NCBI GenBank assembly: GCA_048939465.1
Contig: JBHLPL010000006.1
Coordinates: forward strand, 1-32,000
Reading direction: 5' to 3'
Length of the DNA: 32,000 nt
From: Promethearchaeota archaeon
Lineage (GTDB): Archaea > Asgardarchaeota > Odinarchaeia > Odinarchaeales > JBHLKK01
The position numbers and the translations under genes are program-made. Within the stretch, counting starts at the first letter, position 1. Each line of letters opens with the position of its first letter. A model generated the notes under the pieces. That model saw only the letters and a list, made by a program, of their open reading frames with translations, did no database searches and had not been told where the DNA came from. Below are positions 1-9,005 of this stretch, one piece after another.

Positions 1-647
1 TCGAAGAGACTGGGGGGCTTAATCCTTAGATCTTCAGAGGCTAATCCTGAATCTCTCCAAAACCGATTGGATAAACCTACCAACCGGGCAAAAGCTTTCC
101 AATATTCAACGCTATCAAATGCTCTTACCGGAATCAAAGCATCGTGAAATATCAACGGACCATCCAACATAACAAGATCAGGATTGAATTGTTTTATAGA
201 TTCGATTGCTACTCGCATCTCCCCAATATGTCTTCTAATATCTATTGTTCTCTTGGGTATTCCACCAGAAGAGAGAGCAAATACGTCTCCGTCTGCCAAG
301 ATTCTCGGATTTTTATCCTGCAGACCTTTGGCAGTTATGGCCACTGCAGCAATCACTCCCAAATACGCTCCGAAGAGCTCCTTGTCTCTGTTTGTTCCAT
401 CCACACCCGTAATGCGTAACCTTTCAAGTTCCAAACCAAAAGGCTTCTTCTTTGGCCTAACCTTTTTCAATCTGATGTCTTTCGCAATCTTGTCTCTGAT
501 CTCTTCGAGAGAGTTCATGAGCGCAGAGAAATCCTCTCTTAATCGAATGAGACTTGCAGAAAGTCTGCCGTACACCTCTGGAATGGATGCTATCGGCTTC
601 TTGAATAATCGGTAAGTCTCTCTTTCCTCGTCTCCTATACTTAACAT
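1..647 (-). CDS. nurA: NurA-family nuclease, truncated by the window start (absent from the ORF track)
   Basis: Manual translation from ATG 647 (SD-like AAGGGGGT upstream) stays open to the window edge: MLSIGDEERETYRLF...ITGVDGT...DLVMLDGPL... The VDGT and hhhDGPL motifs match the NurA acidic catalytic motifs. Confidence 0.75.
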   Translation of the reverse strand, partial: MLSIGDEERETYRLFKKPIASIPEVYGRLSASLIRLREDFSALMNSLEEIRDKIAKDIRLKKVRPKKKPFGLELERLRITGVDGTNRDKELFGAYLGVIAAVAITAKGLQDKNPRILADGDVFALSSGGIPKRTIDIRRHIGEMRVAIESIKQFNPDLVMLDGPLIFHDALIPVRAFDSVEYWKAFARLVGLSNRFWRDSGLASEDLRIKPPSLF

Positions 648-676
648 GTTCTACCCCCTTTTGCTCTATAGACTAA

Positions 677-1105
677 TTAGATATCGATTAAGAATAACTT
701 TGTTTTTTCGTCGAAGCTTCTCAAGATTTTGCTTGCTAGTTCAAAAATAAATACCTCTCCAGCTCCCGAGATGGTGCAGCCTTCAAACAGATGTCCACCG
801 AAAGACCTCATATTGCTATCTGAAACCACAATGTGTCCATGAACCAAAGGTTCACCATTCTTCAGTAGTACGTTCCCCATGCAGGAGACGATTTCCATTT
901 GTTGATCAAATTCTCTTGAAGCATATTCTCCATCCCTCCAGTGGCCCAGCTTAGCTTTTCCTACAGCGCCAATTGCGGTAAAAGCAGCGTTCGCAATGGA
1001 GCAATCTTTGGCCACCTTCTCTATGGATTTAAGCACATCATCTCCCATCTCAAGTTTAACCACAAAGGTTCTTTCGACCTTACTCTCTAAATACCTCATC
1101 ATCAA
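677..1105 (-). CDS. PPC/DUF296 domain protein
   Basis: GDDVLKSIE, AIGAV, EIVSCMGNV and HGHIVVSD...GGHL are typical of DUF296. GGGTGA SD upstream; 29 nt upstream of the NurA gene. Confidence 0.9.
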   Translation of the reverse strand: MMMRYLESKVERTFVVKLEMGDDVLKSIEKVAKDCSIANAAFTAIGAVGKAKLGHWRDGEYASREFDQQMEIVSCMGNVLLKNGEPLVHGHIVVSDSNMRSFGGHLFEGCTISGAGEVFIFELASKILRSFDEKTKLFLIDI

Positions 1106-1271
1106 TCACCCAGAGAACAGTGAGCGGATTAGTAAATAAATCTACTCAAAAGAACGGTGGTGTTTAGTTCAGAAGAGTTTTGCTAGATGAAGAGCAAGTC
1201 AATCCATATCAGACTATTTGCACCAGAAGGTTTTTGTTCTAGAAACACAGAATAGTCATGGGCGGGCAACC

Positions 1272-3926
1272 TTGTCATACACTCCAAGACTCGACCAATT
1301 CGCTGCCGATAATGAAGATTCTGACAGAACAGAGAAACGATCTTCGCCGTCTGAACCTGTCAAGACAAAGTCGGGAAGTGAAAGAACAGAACCTGATACT
1401 CAAAGAGTTACGCCAATGAATACAGATCCTTGTCTTCTTCTGAGCGTTTCTTACGACGGTAAGAAAGAGCGTGCCTTTGCACGGCTTTATGACCTTGAGA
1501 GTAGGAATCTCTACTTCTGGTACGATAATACGAACCATAAGCCTTACTGCATATCCGATTTGGGCGAAGAGGAACTTCGCAACATGCCCAAAATTGTCAA
1601 CCATAGAGGCTTCTCCGGTTTTGAGACAGTAGAGAAGTCTGATCTTCTGCATGACAGAGATATTAAGGTAACCAAAATCATCGCAAATGATCCCCTTTCT
1701 ATAGGAGGCAGTTCAGGATCAATACGAGACATACTAACAGGGGAGAAACTGAAAGTCTGGGAGGCATATATACGTTATCACCACTCCTACATTATGGATC
1801 GGGGACTCGTTCCTGGGCTTCTTTATCAGATTAGGCAAGGGAAGCTTGTCCAGTCAGACGTTAAACTCCCGGAAAATGCTCAAAAAGAGATTCTAAGCAT
1901 TTTCTCTGATGAGCAAGAAGAATTCAAGAAACTCGCGTTGGAATACTCTCCGATATTTCTCCAGCCTGCTCCAGATATTCGCCGGGTTGCTATTGATATC
2001 GAGGTTTATACGCCAGTTGCAGACAGGATCCCTAATCCTGCTGAGGCCGAATATCCTGTGCTGGCAACTTCGATAGTATCAGACGGCGGTATCAGAAAAG
2101 TACTGGTGTTGGAGTCGCAAGATATGGAAAAGGGAGATCCCCCTGAAGATCTTCCGAAAGATGTTACGGTGGAGTTTTTTGATGATGAGAGAAAACTCAT
2201 CTCAGAAGTGTTTAGAGTCTTGGGTGAATACCCGCTTGTTCTGACATTTAATGGGGACAACTTCGATTTCAATTACCTTTGGCATAGGGCACATAGGCTA
2301 GGTTTTTCTAGGGAGGATATTCCAATTATATTGGGAAGAGATTCTGCGTCATTGAGATACGGTGTTCACGTAGATCTTTATCGGTTCTTTCATAATCGGT
2401 CAATTCAGATCTACGCCTTTTCCAGAAGATATCAAGATAGTAGGCTGAACACCATAACAAGGGCTTTGTTGAATGTTGGCAAAATAGAATTGCAGAAGGA
2501 CATATCGCGATTAACTCTTTATGAATTAGCTCATTATTGCTGGAACGACGCACAAATTACTTTTGATTTGACGACATTTAGCAATAGTCTTTCGCTGAGA
2601 CTAATCTTACTACTTATGCGGATTTCACACCTGCCAATTGAGGATGTTACAAGACAAGCAGTATCGGGATGGATCAAAAACTTATTCTATTTTGAGCACA
2701 GGAAGAGGGGATATCTAATACCGCGACCTGAAGACATAATCCAGGAAAAAGGGGAGACTTCAACCAAAGCCATAATCAAAGGCAAGAAATACAAGGGAGC
2801 TGTAGTAATCCCCCCCGTCAAGGGTGTTCACTTCGAGGTTACAGTTCTGGATTTCGCCAGCTTGTACCCGAGCATAATAAAGCGATTCAACCTATCTTAT
2901 GAGACCATACGCTGCCCTCATCCGGAGGACCGAAAAAACCCAATTCCTGAAACAGATCACTGGGTCTGCACCAAGAAATTGGGTATAACGTCCCTAATAA
3001 TTGGCCTCCTGAGGGATGTGAGGATTAGCTGGCTAAAACCCAAATCAAAAGACAAATCCATATCAGAGGAAGTCAGAAACTGGTACTCTGTTGTGCAGCA
3101 AGCCTTAAAGGTATTTCTAAATGCAAGCTACGGCGTGTTTGGTGCAGAAATCTTTCCTTTGTACTGTCCGCCGGTGGCGGAAAGCACTGCCGCTATAGGT
3201 CGCTTTTCAATCATGAAGACGATTAAGGAGGCTCAAGATCTGAAGGTCCCCGTCATTTACGGCGATACCGATAGTGTATTTTTACTGAGTCCCGACAGAG
3301 AGCAAATAGCTGAGTTGACTAAGTGGAGTTCGGAAGAACTAGGTATAGAATTGGATGTAGATAAAGTATACCGATATATTGCTCTTTCCGAACGGAAGAA
3401 AAACTATCTCGGTGTTTTCGAGGATGGATCGGTAGACATAAAGGGACTTACAGGAAAGAAGAGAAATACTCCAGCCTTTCTACAGGAAGCATTCTTGGAA
3501 ATGATAGACGCCCTAAGCGAAGTGAAGTCCCCTAAGGAGTTCTCCGAAGTTCGTGAGAAAATCCACGATATTGCACGGGAGAGCTACCGTAAGCTGGAAA
3601 GTCGAGAGTACAGTTTAGAAGAGCTGGCTTTTAGAGTTCAGCTGAGCAAGTCTGTCGGAAGTTACACTAAAACCACTCCTCAGCACGTAAAGGCAGCAAA
3701 GCAGCTTGTCGAACGGAAGAAAGAGGTTAAAGCTGGGGATATAATTACTTTTGTTAAGACAAAGAAAGAACCCGGCGTTCGCCCAATTGAAATCGCGTCC
3801 CTTAAGGACGTAGATATAGAAAAATACAAGGGTTATATACGGACCACCTTTGAACAGGTTTTGGATGCCGTAGGAATTGAGTTTCAAGAAATAGTCGGGA
3901 CGAGAAAGCTCTCTGAATTCTTCTAG
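1272..3926 (+). CDS. polB1: Family B DNA polymerase, PolB1 subfamily
   Basis: Exonuclease motifs DIEV, FNGDNFD and YCWNDA; polymerase motifs DFASLYPSII, KVFLNASYG and YGDTDS; PolB1-type WYDNTNHKPY and GLTGKKRNTP; C-terminal PIP-like RKLSEFF. The ORF is open from 1218; TTG 1272 is the preferred start by inference. Confidence 0.95.
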   Translation: MSYTPRLDQFAADNEDSDRTEKRSSPSEPVKTKSGSERTEPDTQRVTPMNTDPCLLLSVSYDGKKERAFARLYDLESRNLYFWYDNTNHKPYCISDLGEEELRNMPKIVNHRGFSGFETVEKSDLLHDRDIKVTKIIANDPLSIGGSSGSIRDILTGEKLKVWEAYIRYHHSYIMDRGLVPGLLYQIRQGKLVQSDVKLPENAQKEILSIFSDEQEEFKKLALEYSPIFLQPAPDIRRVAIDIEVYTPVADRIPNPAEAEYPVLATSIVSDGGIRKVLVLESQDMEKGDPPEDLPKDVTVEFFDDERKLISEVFRVLGEYPLVLTFNGDNFDFNYLWHRAHRLGFSREDIPIILGRDSASLRYGVHVDLYRFFHNRSIQIYAFSRRYQDSRLNTITRALLNVGKIELQKDISRLTLYELAHYCWNDAQITFDLTTFSNSLSLRLILLLMRISHLPIEDVTRQAVSGWIKNLFYFEHRKRGYLIPRPEDIIQEKGETSTKAIIKGKKYKGAVVIPPVKGVHFEVTVLDFASLYPSIIKRFNLSYETIRCPHPEDRKNPIPETDHWVCTKKLGITSLIIGLLRDVRISWLKPKSKDKSISEEVRNWYSVVQQALKVFLNASYGVFGAEIFPLYCPPVAESTAAIGRFSIMKTIKEAQDLKVPVIYGDTDSVFLLSPDREQIAELTKWSSEELGIELDVDKVYRYIALSERKKNYLGVFEDGSVDIKGLTGKKRNTPAFLQEAFLEMIDALSEVKSPKEFSEVREKIHDIARESYRKLESREYSLEELAFRVQLSKSVGSYTKTTPQHVKAAKQLVERKKEVKAGDIITFVKTKKEPGVRPIEIASLKDVDIEKYKGYIRTTFEQVLDAVGIEFQEIVGTRKLSEFF

Positions 3927-4068
3927 TGTGAATGGAATGACACCACGAATAGAAAACCTGATAGAGTTTTACGCACGATGCTTGCCAATTCAGTCGTAAC
4001 GGTTCTCTCCGATAAAGTTAAAACCAAAAAGACCCAAAAGATATTCAGCAAAGAAATGGTGGGTACTT

Positions 4069-5076
4069 ATGGAAAGAAGAGAAATTCTTATGCAGGGTAT
4101 AAGATTGGTCGCAGATCCGATTTCCTTGAAGATGACTCCTTCGGCTTTTCTGGCAGATTATGGAGGTTACGCGGAAGAAGTCGCGGTTGTGGCAAAGCAT
4201 GAATCTGGTTATGCGTTTTATCCGAGTCAAGAAGTCCCAGTTCACAACCAGTTTGGCACGTTCTTCTCGAAGTTCACTGAGGTATCAGAAGACATATTAA
4301 AGGTAAATGCCGTCATTAATACATTCACAGACAGCTACATGGGGAAAGATCCGAAGTTTGCTTCTGTTAGAAGCGGAGGAACTCCAAACGAGGATTTTAT
4401 GTGCCCTACGCAAGAAAAGGGCTGGGAGTACTTAGCCGCTGCAGCAAAGGAAGTAGCAGAATACCCGATAGAGGAAATCATTTTAGTAGGAAACACCTTC
4501 GTTCAAAAGGACTTTTGTTTCTGTGAAAATTGCAAGAGCGAATTCGGGCAAATAGGAGGCATCCAAAGTGACTTCAATTATGACAGAATTTCATTGGATC
4601 CTGAAATGCTCTCGAAATGGTCAGAATGGCGCAGTGAAAAGCTCACTACTGGTTTAATCCGTATTGTGGATGCCATACATAGCGTCAAAGGTGATCTGGA
4701 TGTCTCAATAGAAGTATACCTGGATCCGGAAACCAGCTTCTCGAAAGGAACTGAGGAGACTTACGCACAGAACATTGAAGGACTGGCCAAGGAGACTAAG
4801 AATCTCACCCTTAACGTATTTCCGTGGACGCCCCTCCTTCCGACCCCTGGTTCCGAAGAGTTCCGAGCAGTAGTTCAGCGACTCGATTTCACAAAGGAGT
4901 TGGTTGGCCGGCAAGGAGTTAAACTGTCCATACTTCACTGGAGGATTGATGACGAGACTGATCTAAATAGCTTGAAATCCATGGCAAAAGAAATCAACGC
5001 CCAAAAAATACTTGCTTATGCCGATTACCCAGCCAGCTATCGCTTCTGGCGAGAGGCACACCTGGGGATAACATAG
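4069..5076 (+). CDS. Putative glycoside-hydrolase-like (GHL10/GH42-like) TIM-barrel protein
   Basis: 335 aa with alternating beta/alpha pattern, MCP, CFCENC and KWSEWRSEKLT, resembling GHL10-like families. The start may be ATG 4090. Confidence 0.5.
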   Translation: MERREILMQGIRLVADPISLKMTPSAFLADYGGYAEEVAVVAKHESGYAFYPSQEVPVHNQFGTFFSKFTEVSEDILKVNAVINTFTDSYMGKDPKFASVRSGGTPNEDFMCPTQEKGWEYLAAAAKEVAEYPIEEIILVGNTFVQKDFCFCENCKSEFGQIGGIQSDFNYDRISLDPEMLSKWSEWRSEKLTTGLIRIVDAIHSVKGDLDVSIEVYLDPETSFSKGTEETYAQNIEGLAKETKNLTLNVFPWTPLLPTPGSEEFRAVVQRLDFTKELVGRQGVKLSILHWRIDDETDLNSLKSMAKEINAQKILAYADYPASYRFWREAHLGIT

Positions 5077-5167
5077 CTTCTTTCTGTTTCTTTCAGCTTC
5101 AATTAGAATCATAGGAGACAAGTTGGCTAATTCCCGATCTGCTTGGACCAATGACAGGTGAGAGCAA

Positions 5168-6025
5168 TTGAATCTTGAGAAAGCCATTGAGAAGCTTGAG
5201 AATACCTATAGGGCTATGTTGAATGGAGATTTCACTCCTGAAGAAGAAGCCAGGGCAAGAGTTCAAATGCTGAGCTTCCTCTCAACAATTCGTGCTGCAG
5301 CTCTTGCTTCGACTGGAAGAGCAGCAGAGTCTCTTGCTGATAAAACAGAACATATCAAGAACCTGCTCATCGCCTTTGATCCTTACGGTCCTTGGTTTAG
5401 GGAAGTAAATGAGCTTGTCGATGGAATATACGATCTAATAACAACCGCAAAAACAATTAGACTTGAGGAGACGATTCAAAGACCTCCGGCAAACTTGGAT
5501 GCGAGACTCAACGAGCTTAATCAGAGTCTTGAGAAGTTATCTTCAACAGTCTCTTCTGAAGTATCAACACTCAGAAAAGAAATAGATTCATTACGTCTTC
5601 TTGTATCTCGAATTGCCGAGGCTGTTCCTCAAGTCCGACTGCCGCTTGAAGACGAATCTTTGGACCGACCTACAGAGAGCCTTCTGGTCGAGCCAGAACC
5701 AGAGTTAGTCAAGAGGTCAACGGCAGAGGAAGAGGTTTCCGAAGAAGAGTCTGATATCATCGAAGAATCACCGCTGACAGGGAAACAGCATGAAGCAGTT
5801 ACTGAAGAGAGAGACGATGAGGAAGACAACTTCCGCGAACTTATTGGACTTGAGAGAAAAAGATACTTGTTGGAGAAGAACTTGGAGAATCTGGAGGATT
5901 CAGTAAAAAAGGGTCTGATTCCTGAAGACGATCACGAGAATATCTCGGATGAACTCAAAGATCAACTGAATGATGTCCTCGAGGAGATTGAAAAGATACA
6001 GAGAAGACTGAAGAACGTCAAATAG
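5168..6025 (+). CDS. Hypothetical protein: helical N-terminus, coiled coil, acidic linker, C-terminal helical hairpin
   Basis: 285-aa ORF with heptad repeats at about aa 108-150 and 222-285 and an E/S-rich linker. Confidence 0.8.
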   Translation: MNLEKAIEKLENTYRAMLNGDFTPEEEARARVQMLSFLSTIRAAALASTGRAAESLADKTEHIKNLLIAFDPYGPWFREVNELVDGIYDLITTAKTIRLEETIQRPPANLDARLNELNQSLEKLSSTVSSEVSTLRKEIDSLRLLVSRIAEAVPQVRLPLEDESLDRPTESLLVEPEPELVKRSTAEEEVSEEESDIIEESPLTGKQHEAVTEERDDEEDNFRELIGLERKRYLLEKNLENLEDSVKKGLIPEDDHENISDELKDQLNDVLEEIEKIQRRLKNVK

Positions 6026-6079
6026 AGTTTCTTGACATACCCGGAGTCCTCGTATTCAGGAGCTAATTCTTCACTACGA

Positions 6080-6769
6080 CTAGAAAGCCTTTGTGTTCTC
6101 TATCCTAAACTCCCTCTGTTTTCCTAAACGTTCACCACACTCTGGACAGAACTGAGCTTCTTCTCCGACCTTAGCCCCGCAGATTGCGCAATAATCATCA
6201 TTTGAGCTTCTCCGATTATCAACCCTATTGGAATCGCCTTTAACACTGAGGTTCTCAAGAATTTCGAAATTGAATTCTGGCTCTTCCACATTTGATTCTG
6301 AAGGTTCTGTAAAGAGCGAGGATAAATCTACAGTCTCCTCATTTTCAGTCTCTCCTTCAACATCAATTATCTCCTCATTGTCCACCCGAACAGAGGATAT
6401 CCAGCCGAGGTCGGCCTCTTTCGAGCTCATTCTCTCCTTTGCAGCGTTTATGATACGCTTGTGAAACTCACTTTTCAGACGTTTGTAGTCTTCTTTGGTT
6501 AATCCGAGCAGCTTCAAAGCCAAATCCCGTTCAACACAAGGTTTCTCCAGACCACAACAGTAGGATAGACTACCATAGCAGGTTATTGCAGAGGCTTCAT
6601 TTTCAATGGACGTTTTTATAGGCTCTATCCTCCTGTTTCCTATGAGCAAGAATTCTCCTGACTGTTTTATGTTTAATAGGGCTTCTGCCTGAACTGCATC
6701 CAGTACATCTTCTGCCGAATAGATGTTGCCGTTAATCACAATAATACCCTTGGAATTATCGTACATCAC
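6080..6769 (-). CDS. Cys-rich protein with a methanogenesis-marker-9-like motif and a C-terminal zinc ribbon
   Basis: CYGSLSYCCGLEKPCVERDLAL motif; C-terminal CAICG...FCPECG; GGTGAGG SD before GTG. Confidence 0.7.
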   Translation of the reverse strand: MMYDNSKGIIVINGNIYSAEDVLDAVQAEALLNIKQSGEFLLIGNRRIEPIKTSIENEASAITCYGSLSYCCGLEKPCVERDLALKLLGLTKEDYKRLKSEFHKRIINAAKERMSSKEADLGWISSVRVDNEEIIDVEGETENEETVDLSSLFTEPSESNVEEPEFNFEILENLSVKGDSNRVDNRRSSNDDYCAICGAKVGEEAQFCPECGERLGKQREFRIENTKAF

Positions 6770-7036
6770 GCCTCACCAAAATCCAACATGAACAAGCAAG
6801 GTTTCTTCTCTCTGAAAAATAAATGTTGACTCGATTTAGGTAGTTCTAACGGATTAATCCTCTTCCTTCCCTGTTTTTGGCGCCCCTGACACTACGTGGA
6901 TAATACCAGAAGATACCAGTAAGAGCAAAAAGCAACAAAAGGAAATTACTTCTTGTCTTCTGACCTCTGATCGGACTCTCTTGGGAAAGCAAAGATTTAA
7001 ATATAACACCGTTATAATATCTCTCGGGAGTTGTAC

Positions 7037-8221
7037 ATGAAGAGAACGGTATATATGGACAATGAGAGATCAACTCAAGTGGCAAAAGAAGTCTTAGACT
7101 CTATGGTTCCCTACTTCACAGAGTATTATGGTCATCCGGCTTCAATTCATGGACTGGGAGAGCGAGCGCATGATGCAATTGATGAAAGTGCAGAGACAAT
7201 AGCTCGATCAATAAATGCAGGATCCAATGAGATCGTTTTTACCTCAGGAGGGACAGAGGCAAGTGATTTGGCAATAAGAGGCATCATCTACGCCAACAAA
7301 GACAAGGGTAGACACATGATTACGTCTAGAATTGAGCATCCATCAGTGATGAGAATAACAGAAGAGCTTTCAAAACAAGGGTTTGAGGTCGACTATGTCA
7401 ACGTAGATGAGAAGGGTTTCGTAGACCTAGAGGAATTGCAGCAGCTGATTAGAGATGAGACTGTTTTGGTAAGCATAGCGCATGCAAACCACGAGATTGG
7501 ATCGATTGAGCCAATAAAGGAAGTAGGAGAGATATTAAGAAACCAGAATCATAAGATATATTTTCATGTTGATGGCCAGTCATCCTATACAAGACTCCCC
7601 ATAGATGTTGCAGAATTCGATCTGGATGCATTAACGCTAAGCGCACATAAAATACATGGTCCCAAAGGTGTGGGTGCGCTCTATCTGAAAGAGAAGACAA
7701 AGATTGATCCGATACTCTTTGGATATGTCTCGCTATCAACATTAAGACCCGGAACAGAGAATGTCCCAGGAATAGTCGGCTTTGCAAAGGCTGCTGAGAT
7801 AGCTTTAAAGAATATCGATGAATATGTGGCTCATATGAGGAGTCTAAGAGATGAATTGCTTGAAAGGATCGGAGAAACTATCCCTGAGACTTTGCTTCAC
7901 GGTCCGAAAGGAGACAGGCGAAGTCCGAGCAATGTTAATTTCTCTTTTAAGTACATAGAGGGAGAATCAATAATGATGTATTTGAATATGAATGGGGTGT
8001 ATGTATCAACAGGCTCTGCTTGTGCGTCACGAAAACTGGAGCCGAGTCATGTCCTGACAGCAATAGGAGTGCCAATAGAGATTGCACATGGATCAATACT
8101 GTTTGCTCTAAGCAGGTATAACACGAAGGGTGATGTTGAATATGTACTCGAAGTTCTCCCGAAAGTTGTTGGCCATCTGAGAAGTATGAGTCCCTTATGG
8201 GACAAAAAGCACGAGAGGTAG
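7037..8221 (+). CDS. iscS: Cysteine desulfurase, group I (IscS/NifS)
   Basis: FTSGGTE, PLP-lysine motif SAHKIHGPKG, catalytic STGSACAS loop; GGGAG SD before ATG 7037. Confidence 0.95.
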   Translation: MKRTVYMDNERSTQVAKEVLDSMVPYFTEYYGHPASIHGLGERAHDAIDESAETIARSINAGSNEIVFTSGGTEASDLAIRGIIYANKDKGRHMITSRIEHPSVMRITEELSKQGFEVDYVNVDEKGFVDLEELQQLIRDETVLVSIAHANHEIGSIEPIKEVGEILRNQNHKIYFHVDGQSSYTRLPIDVAEFDLDALTLSAHKIHGPKGVGALYLKEKTKIDPILFGYVSLSTLRPGTENVPGIVGFAKAAEIALKNIDEYVAHMRSLRDELLERIGETIPETLLHGPKGDRRSPSNVNFSFKYIEGESIMMYLNMNGVYVSTGSACASRKLEPSHVLTAIGVPIEIAHGSILFALSRYNTKGDVEYVLEVLPKVVGHLRSMSPLWDKKHER

Positions 8222-8226
8222 GAAAA

Positions 8227-8622
8227 ATGGGAATTAAGTACAATAAGAAAGTGATGGAGCACTTCATGCACCCAAGGAACGTTGGAACACTCAAAGATGC
8301 AGATACCGTCATAGAAGAAGGTAATCCGGTCTGTGGCGATATGCTTAGGATGTATCTGAAGATTAAGGATGGCAAGATTGAGGACATAAAATTCCTTTCT
8401 TTTGGTTGTGCGGCGAACATTGCAACAGCATCCGTTATCACGGAACTAGCGAAAGGAAAGACTTTGGAGGAAGCGAAGAAGATAGGTATGAAAGATGTAG
8501 CAGAGAATCTTGATAATCTTCCGCGTATAAAGATGCACTGCGCAGCCCTGGCTGCCAAGGCCCTGCAAAAGGCAATAGAGGAATTCAAAGAACACGAAAA
8601 GGACAGAAAGGTCGAGGAATAG
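8227..8622 (+). CDS. iscU: Fe-S cluster scaffold IscU/NifU
   Basis: EHFMHPRNVG, NPVCGD, FGCA and LPRIKMHCA; 5 nt downstream of iscS. Confidence 0.95.
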   Translation: MGIKYNKKVMEHFMHPRNVGTLKDADTVIEEGNPVCGDMLRMYLKIKDGKIEDIKFLSFGCAANIATASVITELAKGKTLEEAKKIGMKDVAENLDNLPRIKMHCAALAAKALQKAIEEFKEHEKDRKVEE

Positions 8623-8916
8623 TCAGTCAGAACCACCATGAATAAATGGAAGAATAACAACAATATCGTTATCTGATATTTTTGTATCGAGTCCTTCCAA
8701 TGCTGAAATCTCACGGTCATTGACTAGGATCAGAAGACCACTTCTTATATGGTCTCCGTCATCAAAGAGTTCAGACCTTAATTCTTTCTTAACATTCTTT
8801 GCTAGGATTCTTAGAAAGCCTTCAAGTCGAATTTGACCTGGTACTCTGATACTTATTTCTGGCGTTTCACTCAGTCTCCTCAAGTGAGCATAGAAACGAA
8901 CCCTGACTCGTGACAA
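8623..8916 (-). CDS. MoaD/ThiS/SAMP-family ubiquitin-like protein with a GG-Ser-Asp C-terminus
   Basis: Beta-grasp pattern VRVRFYAHLRR...ILVNDREI...LDTKISDNDIVVILPFIHGG followed by SD and the stop. GAGGA SD before TTG 8916. Confidence 0.88.
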   Translation of the reverse strand: MSRVRVRFYAHLRRLSETPEISIRVPGQIRLEGFLRILAKNVKKELRSELFDDGDHIRSGLLILVNDREISALEGLDTKISDNDIVVILPFIHGGSD

Positions 8917-9005
8917 TATCCATCCTCTCAGTGTCAAAGCAGATTTAGAGAATAGATAAAGTTTTTGTGTATGCTCGTCTATAAAAAGTATTCCGAGGCT
9001 ATTCG

